The position numbers were made by a program, and so were the translations under genes. This document shows positions 40,492 to 53,602 of a DNA stretch of 64,000 nucleotides, in pieces; the first letter of the stretch is position 1, and each line of letters begins with the position of its first letter. Source of the stretch: the human T2T-CHM13v2.0 reference genome, Homo sapiens; the NCBI RefSeq assembly GCF_009914755.1, contig NC_060938.1, one strand, 5' to 3'. The notes below the pieces were generated by a model. The model saw only the letters and a program-made list of their open reading frames with translations. It was not told the origin of the DNA and ran no database searches.

Positions 40492-41374
40492 TATTGAGTT
40501 TATTCATGCTATGACCAATTCCTGGCCACTGGGAGGGGCTTCTAGAATTCCTCCTAATTGTTGAGCACAATGTGAAGTAATAAAAAACACCCTGCATTCT
40601 GTTCATCATGTCTGCCTTCTATTTCCCTATAATGGCTCCCAAATGTATTCCCAAGTAATTTACAAGCAAATTAAACTATAAGGGGGCAGAAAGGATTGGG
40701 GGTAGGGGTGGGAGAAAGTAAGCTGTATTCCAGTCACCTACCATTGAGAACCAAATATTCTGTTACTTGAAAACAGCGACTAGGTGATACCAAGACTGGA
40801 TCCATAGATGAAGTGGTTATTGTGGAGTTGGTAAAGGTCAGATGTCTGGGCCCCATATGCTGAGCAGGTAGACTTTTTGACCCCACCCAGGTAGACTTTT
40901 TGACCCCGCCCAGGCATCTTAGCGCTTTATTGACGGTTTTGTAGACCCGTGTTCTTTGACCATTTCCAAAGAGTTAGCTCTCCATTCTAATTGTTTTTCT
41001 TCCTATAAGTGTGGTCAGTAGCAGCTGAAAGCTACTGATGGTGATGGTGATGGGTTAAACTGAACGCTGCCTAACTGGGACCAGCACCAGAAAGTGTTTT
41101 CCCTGTGCTGGATTTCCTTTGCTTAGTCCTGCCTCGGGATGTCCCCTTTGGATAGTAGCTGGTTTGTTGTGTGCTCTCCAAACACAATTAACAGGATATG
41201 GACCACCCTGTTCAACCCTCTATTTTATAGAGGAGGAAATCAGGCCCTTATAGAGGGGGGATTTGCCCACAGTAGTGTTATCATGACACTCACTGATGGT
41301 TTGTGCCCAGGTCTGAAGCGTATTGTGAGGAGAAAGAATAGCACAGGCTTAGCCTTTGGTCTTTTCTTTTCATT

Positions 41375-42100
41375 CTAAACTCTCCCCTTTGGTAAGCTCA
41401 TCTATGCCCTTATCTTCTATATCACCTCCATTCTGTTTACCTTATAAACTGTGTCCCTCATTCTGATCCTATCCTGAATTCCAGGATAGGATTGCCGAGA
41501 TCATTTTCACATGAATGTCCCATTGGTATATCCAAAGCAACATGTCCCAAATGGAATTCATCATTGGCCCCCAAAACCTTACAAACTTGTTCCTCGTTTT
41601 TGGATTCCCCATCTTACTTAAGGGCAATCCTATACATCCTGTTATGATGGATTGAAATTGGGCAGTCATTCATCTTTGACCCTGTTCTCTCATTCCTTTC
41701 CACCATACCACTTGGTATCCAAATCTAGTTATCATCATAGCATGTCTTCTTATCTATCTCCCTTATCCTGTCCCTTTCAATGGACACAACTGCTGCAAAA
41801 CTAACTTTTCTAGAATACAGATCTATCATGTCACCCTATGGCTTAGAAACCTCTGTGGTTGCTTTATTGCCTATAATGTCTACACCTTTCAGCCTGTTTA
41901 TTTGGTCATTCTCTGAAGTTCTTCCCCTCTGCACCCTGTTCTAGCCATATTTTACTACTCATTCCTTCCTCAACAGGCCCTGCACTTTCTTCTCTTGACC
42001 AAAAATGTCCTTCCTTCCATACTACCATGACAAAGCCCTACTTTTGCTTTAAGACCGACTTCTTTAACAAAGCCATCTCCCATCTAACCCATTCTCTTAG
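41375..42100 (+). mobile_element. L2 LINE fragment
   Basis: caacatgtcccaaatggaattcatcat...acagatctatcatgtcaccc...ccctgttctagccata. Confidence 0.75.
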
Positions 42101-43808
42101 AGTGGTTGCATTTTTAGCATTTTTCAGTTAATTTGATGGCATTTAAGACTATGATGAGAAGATATCCGAAGAAGCAAAATTATAAAAAACTTGGAGAAGG
42201 TGGTTATAGAGTGGTTTTTGAACATGTTTCCTCTTCACTAATCAATGGATCAGGCCTCAAGTTGTTAAAACCCTTCTTTCCTGCCTTTGTTCTTGGCATA
42301 CCTTTATTTTAGCTCTTACCTTCTGCCTTCCATGATAGGTGTAGGTATAAAAGTTTTCCTTCCCTACCAATTTAAAAGCTCACGCAAAACGCACAGTGTG
42401 CCTCAATGTAGGATGTCTTGACATTTGTCAATTATCACCACGTTAATTGGCCTCTGTTGTAGTTATGGGTATGATAGCTGTTGTGGTGATAGCAGGAGGT
42501 AGCCACATGTGAGAAGGGGGTCCCATTATTGGCTTGGGCTCTGGGTCTAAATCCCAACACATATCTCTTATACTTTAGGCCAGGGAGACTTTGGGAAGGC
42601 ACTTTTTCCTATACAGGGTAGACCTAAATATAATTCCCCTCTATACCCAAGCCCATCTCAGATCACACCCTTCTCAAGCTTGGAAAAGCCACACCCAATG
42701 CCTGAGTGGAGGAAGAGAGTGTAACAGCATGAGCTGAACCTGATTTAAATTCCTTAGTTATATTCCTAGGGAAGCTCCCACAGAAAACTTGGTGTCCTGG
42801 AATCTGACCATTCTGATCTGCACTCCTGGACACAGGGTGAAGGAGGGCTAAATAACTCTGAGAAAACTTGCCCTCGAAGTTACCATTATGGTAGTAGCTA
42901 CTATTCCTGTGAGCCAGGTGTTTGTGCTAAGAGTTTTATATATATTATCACACTTAATCCTTGCAGCAATCCTATAGGGGTGTCATTATTATTATCCTTA
43001 TTTTACATAAGAGAAAAACAAAGTTTAAGGCACTTTATATTTCATGGCTCATAAGGCAGAGCATTTAGTAAGCTTCATGAATATTTCAATGCATTTATTG
43101 GGCATTTTACACCAGGTACTGTGGAAGAGATAAGGATAAATCAGATATGTTCCCTAACACAAGAAATTCACAGGCCAAGAGGGAGATAGTTGTATATTCA
43201 AGTAAATCAGACTTTGTTAGGGAGAAGGAGAGGTCACCACTGACTCAGTGGTCTTACTTAGAAAACAGAATTGGGCCAGTGGCCTTGAAAGATAGGTCAG
43301 TCTTCAAGAGGCAGAGAAAGGAGGGCATGTGCTTTCTGTGAAACTAAACAGTAAACTCTTGGAGGGCAGAATCCAGTATTTTTTGCATAGCTCAATTCAA
43401 AAGATATTTTCACGCATCTTCTACGTACCTGCCAGGGCAGTATGTGTTGGAGGAGAGGGTGGGACACCAGGATAAATAAGACCAAGCTATTGCCTGCAGG
43501 CCTTAGGGCAAATTTCTTCCATAGTCACCAGCAGTATTTCCTCCTCTAGCTGTCCAGTGAATCTTCTCACTCTCTTTCCCTCAATGAATTGTTTACTGAG
43601 CTGTTTATTCTACTGTTCTCTGCTTCGTCTGTGTCAGACAACCCAGAACAGCACAAGGGGCTGGAATTCTGAGATCTGAAAGATTATCGGTAGGAGCTTC
43701 AGACCCTAAACATTTGCATGTTAGTTACTGAGCCCGCCTATGCATGCATTTTAGAAGAGATTTAATAACTTTCCTTAAGGATTTAAGATTTAATAACTTT
43801 TCTCAACT

Positions 43809-43887
43809 CACCTGACGTTCACCTGCTGACCAACCTGTTCCCGCCCCCTATAAAGGTGTAACAATGCTGATGGCTGGGGGGCAGATG
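43809..43887. promoter_or_regulatory. Candidate enhancer/promoter core: E-boxes, CRE-like site, GC box, CArG/TATA, SOX site
   Basis: CACCTG 43809-43814 and 43820-43825, TGACGT 43813-43818, CCCGCCCCC 43840-43848, CCTATAAAGG 43847-43856, AACAATG 43860-43866, CAGATG 43882-43887. Confidence 0.4.
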
Positions 43888-44389
43888 CTGGGTTGCCCTG
43901 TGTTTGTTTTTGTCCTGTGCATGCACGTGTGTGTGCACATGTGAGCTAGTGTGTGTGAGACAGCACATGCAGATACAAATGATATTTCTCAGGATCACCA
44001 CCCACATTGGGGGAACACTGTTCAGCTTTCCTGCAGTCCTCTGCAAGGGGGATACCAATATCCAGGAAACTACCCTTGAGCCTGGCTAATTGACCTGCAT
44101 GTTAAGGCAACTCCACTGGGAATCCCCAGGAGCTTGTCTGAGGAGAGCCATGAATACTCATAATACAAAGGCAGAAAAAATAACAACAGTCCATCTTGGC
44201 GCCCTGGCTGTAAATGGCTCATTTACTCTGGCAAGAGGAATGGAGTTTTAATGACAAATTGTAATGCTGCACAGCAGGCCTGGTTGTATGCTGTAAATTA
44301 TTCTGAAAGAGGCACTATGCCTTAATAAAAAGAGCATTGCTTTCTGCTGTAGTCTAGACTTAGAGTAAGAGCCATAGAGTAAGAGCCAC

Positions 44390-44830
44390 TGGCATGCCTA
44401 TAAAATATTCAGGTAGAAATGCCTAGCAGGCAAATGGATATATGGCTAGAGATGCAGATTTGAATCTTCACAATATAGAAATTGTGGACCAAACTTGAGT
44501 AGATGAAGTAGATCAAGGAGGTTGTACAACAAGAAAGCAGGGGACAAGGACAGGACCCTCAGGAGCACCCAAATTTATGGGGCATGGTAGAGAAAAAGAT
44601 ACTGATGAAAGAGTGAGATGCAGAATGAAAACAGTCAGGAGAATGCTCTGTTGTGGAGAACATGGGAGAAAGAGACTCCAAGAAGGCCAAGGATCAACAC
44701 AGAAGAGAAGCCTTGGATGATCTCAGAATGGAGCTTGGACTGCAGAAGGCCAAGGGATGGAGCAAAGTGGGGGCACAGAGACTGTGAGACATTCAGTTTG
44801 GGTGAGAATTGGAGGTGGGAAAGTGAAGAA
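44390..44830 (-). mobile_element. L2 LINE fragment
   Basis: ggtagaaatgcctagcaggcaaatggatatatggctagagatgcagatttgaatcttca...tggactgcagaagg. Confidence 0.75.
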
Positions 44831-47800
44831 ACTGAAATGATGTAGAAGAGGGAGGCAGAGTATGGAGCCTCTGCTATGCTTTAGAATCAGACAAGGTTTG
44901 GTTGGAATCCTAGGTTCCAGGCTGTGGGCCTGGGGTAGATAATTTAACTTCCAAGCCTGTTTCTTCATCATTGAGGCGAACATAATAAAAGCTAGCCCAC
45001 AGGGTATACAGCAGGTGTTCTCAAATGGAGCTGGAGGAGGACACAGGTCATAGGAGAGGTTTTGTAAAAGGTAGTACAGAAATGACAGGGGCAGACAGGA
45101 CAAAATCAGACATCAGCCCTAATAATGTCAAGTTGTATAATTCAAGTGCTCCTGATTTCTCTTGTTGAAACTGAGAGAAACTGTGAGCTTCTTAGATTGC
45201 ATTTGATAAAGGGAAATGTGTCAGTTACAGAATGTGTCAGAGTCTATAAGTGTTTAGGAAGACATTGTATATGCGTGAAAATCAGGTTGAAGTTCAGGGA
45301 CATTAGAAAAACAATCAGGGGGATCACAGTGATAGCTCAGAAGTGACAAACACGGTGAGAGAACAATTGAAGAGGCAAGAACAAGAGGACAGATAAGACA
45401 GGGCCACAGAGAAGGAAGTGGAGGTGGGTCAAGGTCTGTCTTTAACTGGGAGGAGGACAGACATCTCCAGGAAATAAGTGAATACATTTCCATCTGGGGG
45501 AATAGAGTGATTGGAGACCTTCCAAGTTGTCCCTTGATCATGCAAAGCAAGAACCTGCAGACCAGCATGGCTGACTTACATATGTAGTTAATGGCAAGGC
45601 TGGAGCTAAAGCCTGGAGCCCTTGGCTCTTTCTGTGGCATCTGTTTGGTTGCAATGAATTAAAGATGAAAGAACTAGCTTGTTCTGGTTTGGTGAGTGCC
45701 CCTTTTGGTGGTCACTTCTTGCTTGATTAGAATGGGAGAGAAGAAACCAAACTAAGAAATAAAAGCCACTCACCAGAAAAAGCAGCAAGGTCAGAAAATG
45801 CTGCAGCCTTCACTGTAATATTTGGGAGCCCATCCCTTTGCACTCTTTTAGTATTTGAGTTTAGCATTTGAGTATTTAGTGAGAGTCCTAATATGTTAGT
45901 GCTTTTAAAAAAGTTGTGGAAGAGCCAATTCATTTTACAGATGAGGAAACCTGTTTACCAAGCACACAGAGGATCTGCAGCCAAACTGAGATAGTGCTGA
46001 GGTGTTCCGACCTCCAGCCACAGAAGCAGCATTGTCTGTGTGCGGGCATGGTGGGCAAGCAGGTGGGCTCTGGCTGCGGTGACCTGCTGCTGTAAGTAGC
46101 TCAGGAGGCAAATGTGGATGAAACGGGAAATCTTTCATCCCATTTGTCAATTGCATTTCAGGGTAGCCTTTTGAGGTCATGATCCTGGCAATCTGGTGTT
46201 AAAAGAGGGGGTAGGGGTATCTAAATTAACCAGATAAATTCAGCTCTTTGCTCCTGAATACCTGATGCTATGAGCAAATGTGTGTTGTGTGTCCACCCCA
46301 AGGCAAGTGAGCTGAGACAGTGGAGACAGGAGCTCAAGTAATCACAGCCCACCCTAGGCACTTGGGGATTCACTACATGACAGAAGGAGATCTTCAAATC
46401 TGTTTTTGGGGGGCCAGCCACCAATTCCCCTCTCTCTGCTGCCTGCCTATGGTAACATCCTTGGCTTCTCTGCTTATCACTAACTGTTGTCTTCTGATTC
46501 TAATTTACTGCCAGGTTTGACACTCAATAAACCCCCCCAAAAACACCCCCATAAAACAAGTATTAGTTAGAAAATCTTTCCAGCTGCAGCCCCTGAGACC
46601 AAACAGATGTTTTTAAAGTTATTTAAAGTAAAGGAGTACTTCCTTCCCCAGCAGGATGGCCACAAAACCAAGGAAAGTTTGGCTTGGTACCTGTAATAAA
46701 ATGGCCTTTACCATTTGTTCAAGCCAAAAAAAATGAGGCCTTGAAAGAAAAGAGAAGAAAGACAATAAAATAGGATGCAAATGATGCTGAACTCTCTCTT
46801 GTGCTTACAGTTTAGGCAGAATGACCTTCACTCAACAGGCTGGACAAATGGTCCTGACACCAGGCCCTGGGGTGGTCAGTCCACAGGCAGTAAGCTCTGC
46901 AGCCACCTCCTCCTTCACTGTCACCCAGAAAAAACTGCAAGAGGCCTAAGGACCCCTTCTGGCATAGGAAAATGCCCTAATATACTCTTGGGGGGTAATA
47001 TCCTATTCAGAACAAGGTGCATTGAGGCTGCAGGAAAGCTGATACTGAGGAGGTCTTTTGACAAATTCCGTGCACGGACCACAGCAAATGTGAGGGAGAG
47101 ACCAGTGGGGTCACACTGTGCCAGGTGCCAAAGCCAGGATGCCACCCTTGATGGTTTTTCACCCCAAATGCCCAAATTCAGCTGACCTGGCAGGAATTCA
47201 AACAAAATAGGGCAACAGAGATACAGGATAAAGGGGAGACTCTGATGAAAACCCAGCTCTGATAGAAGCACAATTCTGGGGCTTGGGAGAGCTAGTTCCA
47301 GGAATACAGAAGAAGATGGGGTATCAAAAATAATCAAGTCAAGAGAAAGCCCTGGTCATGTTGGGTCAATGGTGGGTTTCTAAAGAAACCTTAGCTTTTA
47401 GCCTAGATTTCACTCAAAGCCCTTTTCTCAGTTTCATGTTCTCCTCTCACCCTATTCCCCATCCCCAGGGGTCAACTTCCCCTCTATCTTCCTTTCCAGC
47501 TGGGCTCTGTGGAGGGAACTTGCTACCTTCTAACTCCATCATGCTGGTACTTTTGTCAATTTGCTTTTGGGCACTTGTCCTGACCCAGCACTGAGATGGA
47601 ATTAAATTGAGCACTTGCTCACAGCCAGTCGGAGGAAAGACTGTGATGCCAAGACACTGCCTTGTCCTACATTGCTCTTTCTGTCCTGAGCATGTTCTCT
47701 CTGATGTCCTGTATGCTACTCTGTCTCATCTCCAAATCAGTGGCTGCTTTTGGGAAAGGTGCTCACTATGTTTCCTCTCCCAGAGATGTCTTCATTTTAA

Positions 47801-48339
47801 CAAGGATTGAGCTTTCCAACAAAAGGATGCTTTTTTACTTAGTATTTTTCAGATAAAAGTAAGATATTGTTGACTGGGGAGGGGGATTTCCAATTTTTAA
47901 TCCCTGCATTCTTCCCATTCCTTTGCCGTCCATACCACTCGCAGTCCCTAACCTGATCCTCTCCAGGTTTGTCCGAACAAGGTAAATGGCACCAGCTTCC
48001 CTTCACGATTAAAGTAAAAAGCCTAGACACCACCCTCAAGTCCTTCCTTTTCCTCATCCCATGTCCAATCCATAGGGGTATTTTGTCATTCGTTCTGCAA
48101 AAGATGTCTAATCTCCATCCACTTCTCTTCTCTCTACTGCTATCACCTTAGTTCTGCCATCATCACCTCTCACCTGGATTTTCTTAGCATTTTCTTAGTC
48201 CTTTATTAGTCTCCAACTTCCATCCTCATCACCCTAAGGCCATCTTCACACAGCGGTCTTTAAAGCATACATCACACCAGTCCATCTACCTGCGTAAGAC
48301 ACTCAGAACTTGCAAGTAGAATAAAGTTCCCTACCATGG

Positions 48340-49918
48340 TGTCATGTGTTGAGCTGTGTCCCACTGGAATTCATATGTTGAAGTCCTAAACCCTTGTACC
48401 TCAGAATGTGACCTTACTTGGAAATAGAGTTACTACAGATGTAATTAGTTAAGCTATAATTTCATTCTGAAAAAGGGTGGACCTCTCTAATCGTATATAA
48501 CTGGAGTCCTCATAAGAAGATGGCTGTGTATCAGAATATATAAGAAACTCGAAGAACTCAGTAGCAAAAAAACAAATAATCCACTTAAAAATGGGCAGAA
48601 GACCTGAATAGACATTTCTCAAAAGAAGACATATAAATGGCCAACAGGTATATAAAAAAATGCTCAACATCACTAATTATAAGGGAAATGCAAATCAAAA
48701 CTACAGTGATATATCATCTTACCCCAGTCAGAATGGCTATTATCAAAAAGACAAAATATAACAAATTCTGGCAAGGATGTGGAGAAAGGAGATGACCATA
48801 TGCTGTTGGTGGGAATGTAAGTAATACAGCCACCATGGAAAAAAAGTATGGAGGTTCCTTTAAAATCTAAAGTTAGAACTGCCATATGATCTAGCAATCC
48901 TACCACTGGGTATATATCCAAAAGAAAGGAAATCAGTATGTTGAAGAGATATTTTCACTTCCATGGTTATTGGAGCACTATTCACAATAGCCAAGATATG
49001 GAATCAACCTAAATATGCATCAGTGGATGAATGGATAAAGAAGATATGATATACATACAAAATGGAATACCATTTAGCCATAAAAAAATAAATAAGATCC
49101 TGTCATTTGCAGCAGCATGGACAGAACTGGAGGTCATTATGTTGAGTGAAATAAGCCAGGCACAGAAGACAAACACTGCATAGTCTCACTCATATATGAG
49201 AGCTATAAAAAAAAAAAGTTGATTTCATGGTGGTAGAGAGTAGATTGGTGGTTACCAGAGGCTGGTAAGGGAAGTGGGAAGGAGGACATAAAGAAAAGTT
49301 GGTTAATGGGTGCAAAAGTACACCCTCAACAGAAGGAATAAGTTCTAGTATTCGATAGTACAGCAGGGAAATTATAGTAAACAATAATCTATTGTATATT
49401 TCAAAATAGCTAGAAGAATTATAATGTCCCCAATCAAAGAAATGAGAAATGTTTGAGGTGATGGATATTCCAATCACCCTGATTTGATTATCACACACTG
49501 TACACATGTATCCAATATCTCATGTACCCCAAAACTATGCATAACTATTATGTTTATCAATGAAATAAATAAATGAATAAATAAATAAATAAAAACTTCT
49601 GTGCCTCAGAGTGGACACACACAGACACACACAAAAAGAAGAAGAAGAGGGCTATGTGAAGTCAGAGACACACAAAGACAACGCCCTGTGACAACCAAGG
49701 CAGAGCTGGAGTCACCCAGCCCAGGATTGCTAGCAACCCACTGGAAGCTAGGGACAGGCAAGGAAGGATTCTCCTCTACAGGTTTTGGAGGGAGCGCAGC
49801 CCTGCCAGCACCCGATTTTGGAATTCTGGCCTCCAGAACTGTGAGGCAATACATTTTTGTTGTTTTACGCCACCCAGTATGTGGAGCTTTGTTACGGTAG
49901 TCCCAAGAAACCAACACG
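48340..49918 (+). mobile_element. MaLR solo LTR (MLT1C-like) split by an L1MA
   Basis: 5' part ttcatatgttgaagtcctaa...gtacctcagaatgtgacc; 3' part ttctggcctccagaactgtgag...tttgttacggtagtcccaagaaaccaacac; 5-bp TSD catgg/caggg. Confidence 0.9.
48530..49595 (+). mobile_element. L1MA3/4-like 3' end
   Basis: gacctgaatagacatttctcaaaagaagacata, gatgaatggataaagaa, 3' UTR aggaataagttctagtattcgatagtacag, (AAAT)n tail. Confidence 0.93.
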
Positions 49919-50670
49919 CAGGGCTTCTGAGAGCCTGTGTAAGCCTGCGTGATAAGGCTCCTGTCCACCTCACTCACCTTTTGTGCCATCTTACTCCCTC
50001 TCCAGCTGCACCCGCTTTTTGGCATGTTCTAGAACATAATGAGCCCACTCGCCTTTGCAGCCTTTGTGTGTACTAGTCCTTCCCCATAAAACACTGTTCT
50101 TCCAGCCCTTCATGTGTTCCATGTGTTCTTGGTCTTTTTGGTTTTGCTTTAACCATCACCATATCAGAGAGGCCTTTCCAGACCTTCCTACCTGCATAGG
50201 TTCAAAGCATCCTGCTTATTTTTCTCACAACACCCATCTCAACCTAAAACTGTTTAACTTTTTAAGCTGTTTTCTTACCTTGCTCTTCTACTAGAATACA
50301 AGTGCCTGAGGGCATGGACCATTAAAATGGAATTGTTCTAAGCCAGGCTCACAGCCAGGGTCTGGGAAGAGTTGGTTGACCAAACATCCTTGGCATTTTC
50401 ACGCATGAAAATATTTTGAATGAGTGAATGAAAGAAGAAATGCATGCTACTTTTAAGGCCCATCCTGTTATATCTCTCTTTATTGAATGAAGAAAGCTAG
50501 CAGTCTTGGAGCATCTCCTATGAAGTATAGAAGGGCTAATCAATGTAGGTAATACTATACCTCATTAGAGTCAGAGATAAAACTGGGAACCAGGCCTCTA
50601 AGACCTAAAAACACATGCTTTTTTTCTACTAGTTCATATTGAGAATATTATAAAAACTTGTTTATATATC

Positions 50671-50963
<293 letters not shown>

Positions 50964-51779
50964 TATCAAATTTTTATAAGCAAGTCATATTTCAAAAGTA
51001 CTGGGGTAGCTGGCTACTTAAAAGGAATCCTGAGGGAAACCAAATTGTAAAATGAGCAACAATTTCCTAATTCGCAATTTGTGAAAATTCAGCACTGTGG
51101 TTATTGAGGTAGTTGGTATCAAGGTGCAAATGTGGTTCCTGCCTCTGAGAACACAACGATGCTTATTTGTACCACCTGCTCAGAGGAGGATGAGTTTTCA
51201 GCAGAAATTCCATGCTTTCTCCTCTATTTCAAGGTTAGATGCCAAATACAATGATCTGCTCCAAAAAACAACTCAACAGCCTCTCTGATTTGAGAGCTGG
51301 TGGTGTCTTTTTTTTTTTTTTTTTTCTAATTTGGAAATCTCCCAGCACCTTGTTAATTTGGCTCCCTGGGAAAAATGGGAACTTCAATTCACCTCCTTAG
51401 GGGAGAACGATGGATGACTTAGCATGGCTTGTCCTTTAAGCAAGTCTCCTCATTCCCATGTCAGGCAATGATTCACTTTCACAGTGCCTCAATCCATCAC
51501 TCCGCTCAATCTCCTCCATACACCTTTCCTGTCACTCCCCAGGGAGGGAAAATGGATGGCAGATGTTCCCTGAGATCTTGTTTTCAGGAGAAAGGAGGTA
51601 GCAGAGACGGGAGTGTCCCTGCTCACACTGACAGCGTAACCCTTGGTCTTGAGTGGGTGGGTGGCTGGCAGAGCATCCTGATGGACTGTGTGCCTCTGTG
51701 GAGCCAGCAGCCCTAGGATGGGAGGAGAACAGCCCATGGTTTCTCAAATAAAGAGAGCAGCCACTGAGAAAGGGACTTT

Positions 51780-51910
51780 CGATAACTAGAATGTAAGCTC
51801 CGCTGGGCAGGGATTGTATCTTCTTTGTTCACTGCTGCATCTTCAGTACCTAGAAGAGTACCTGGCACATAGTAGGGACTCAAGAAATCTTTGTTGACCA
51901 AAGGAAAGAA
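51780..51910 (+). mobile_element. L2a 3' end
   Basis: ctagaatgtaagctccgctgggcagggattgtatc...cctggcacatagtagggactcaagaaatctttgttga. Confidence 0.85.
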
Positions 51911-53512
51911 AGAAAGAATAAATTATTATGCATGCTTCCCAACAGACTATAAAGCAGCTTCGATGTGACAGATGCTTCTTTGAACCAGTGGTTTCTTCCT
52001 GCTCTGAACTCATGGCTCTGCCTACTGCACCATTCATCGGAATGAAGCAGATTGAATCCAGGTTCAGACTTCTCCCACCATTGCATCAACTATAAGTTCC
52101 TGGAAGGTGTGGACTCAGAGCTTTGCTGACAACAACCACCTTTTCTCTTGGTCTCCATACTTGAAGTTATTCCAACCATGTGGCCTGGTTTGGAGTTCAG
52201 AAAAGATGGTCTTTGTAGCTGTACAGTGCTTTGAATAGAACAAGCTTCAGTAAACATTTGTGGAACGAGTGTGTCTAGGCTTGGCTTTCCAGATTCCCAG
52301 GTGGGATAAGGACACAGGGCAGAAAGGACCACAGTCTCAGTGCTGTTTATCTTACTATGTGTGGACAAACAAATGGTCTTAGACACCTTGTAGGTTAAGC
52401 AAAGAGGAAAATAATAAAGTAGGCTTCGCATTGGCTATCACTTAGAAAATACCTGCCCAGTGCCAGGCGCTGTGCTAATACACATTACATATTTAATGGG
52501 ATGTTGGATGGAACTTTTCCTGCTGTCCCAATGTTGGCAATTGGAGTGCCAAACTGAGGCAAAGAGGACTTAATTCTCCCCAGGCTTAAGGACAGAAGCC
52601 AGCAGTTGAGGATAGACACCTCCTTCAGGACTTCACAAAAGGCAGCTGAACTGGCTCTGCCACCTCCAACAACCATCACTCCCTTCCCAGTCTATAAAAT
52701 AGAGGAGAGAAGGAGGGGTGCCTGAGTTGTTGACTAGTAGGGAGATTTTTGGCTTCTCTCCCTCCTTTCATGAGGGAAAGGAGAGAAGTGCCCCCTCTTA
52801 CCCCGGCAAAGCCAAGTGAAGGGGTGCCAGCAAAATTGTTCAGAAAGATTAGGGGTACCTCTAAAAAGAGGACACTGGTGTTCACTCCCAGCTGGTAACT
52901 TGCAAGCCCTCTTTGATGGCATCAAAATGAGCAGAGCAGAGCATTGAGTTCTTACAAGAGCTAGTGTAATCCCAAGAGTTGGGGCCATATGAGAACACAG
53001 AGATTCAGGCCTGCAGCTTCTCGCCCAGCAGAAGGTCTGCTGGAGTGTGGAGCCAGCCAGGCGAGGAGGAACAGTAGCGTAAGGTATCTGCAGAAAGGCA
53101 ATGAAGCCCCGCCTTGACCTTAGTTACTTGTGAATCTCAGTGGGTATGAAAGAGGAAACTAGGGGTTCCCATGGCTCCCCAAAGCAGATCATAAGGGCTA
53201 GAGGGTGAGGAGGAGGTGTGAGTTTGGCCAGACAGCTGCTGGAACAAACAAGGTGATGCCCCCGGGAGAGGGGTTAGATGAATGGACCTGACCTAAGGGA
53301 AACATGATTGCCCCTTTGAGAGGGTCTACAGTGACTGAGGGGCTATAGTGGAACTGAATACCATCTCCAAATAACCAACATGTCAATAGAGGATGAAAGA
53401 CAGAGTGTGTGACAACCCCAGGCATCTCCCCCTTTCCCTTGAAATTCCCCTACCCCTCTGCAAGTTCGTTGAATCATGAACTTGGTTAACATCAGAGTAG
53501 GGAGTTTCAAAA

Positions 53513-53602
53513 TATTCAGCTGGTGCCAAAGTAATTGTGGTTTTGCCATGACTTTTAATGGTAAAAATTGCAATTATTTTTATCATCATTTTGCACCTAA
53601 TA
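53513..53602. mobile_element. MADE1 mariner MITE (miR-548 family progenitor type)
   Basis: Palindromic tattcagctggtgccaaagtaattgtggttttgccatgacttttaatggtaaaaattgcaattattt...ttttgcacctaata with TA ends. Confidence 0.9.

Larger units (their letters stand above)
47900..50330 (+). mobile_element. L2 LINE split by the MLT1C/L1MA nest
   Basis: L2 motifs at 47900-48339 (ccatcatcacctctcacctggatt) resume at ~49920 and run to ctagaatacaagtgcctgagggca. Confidence 0.7.
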
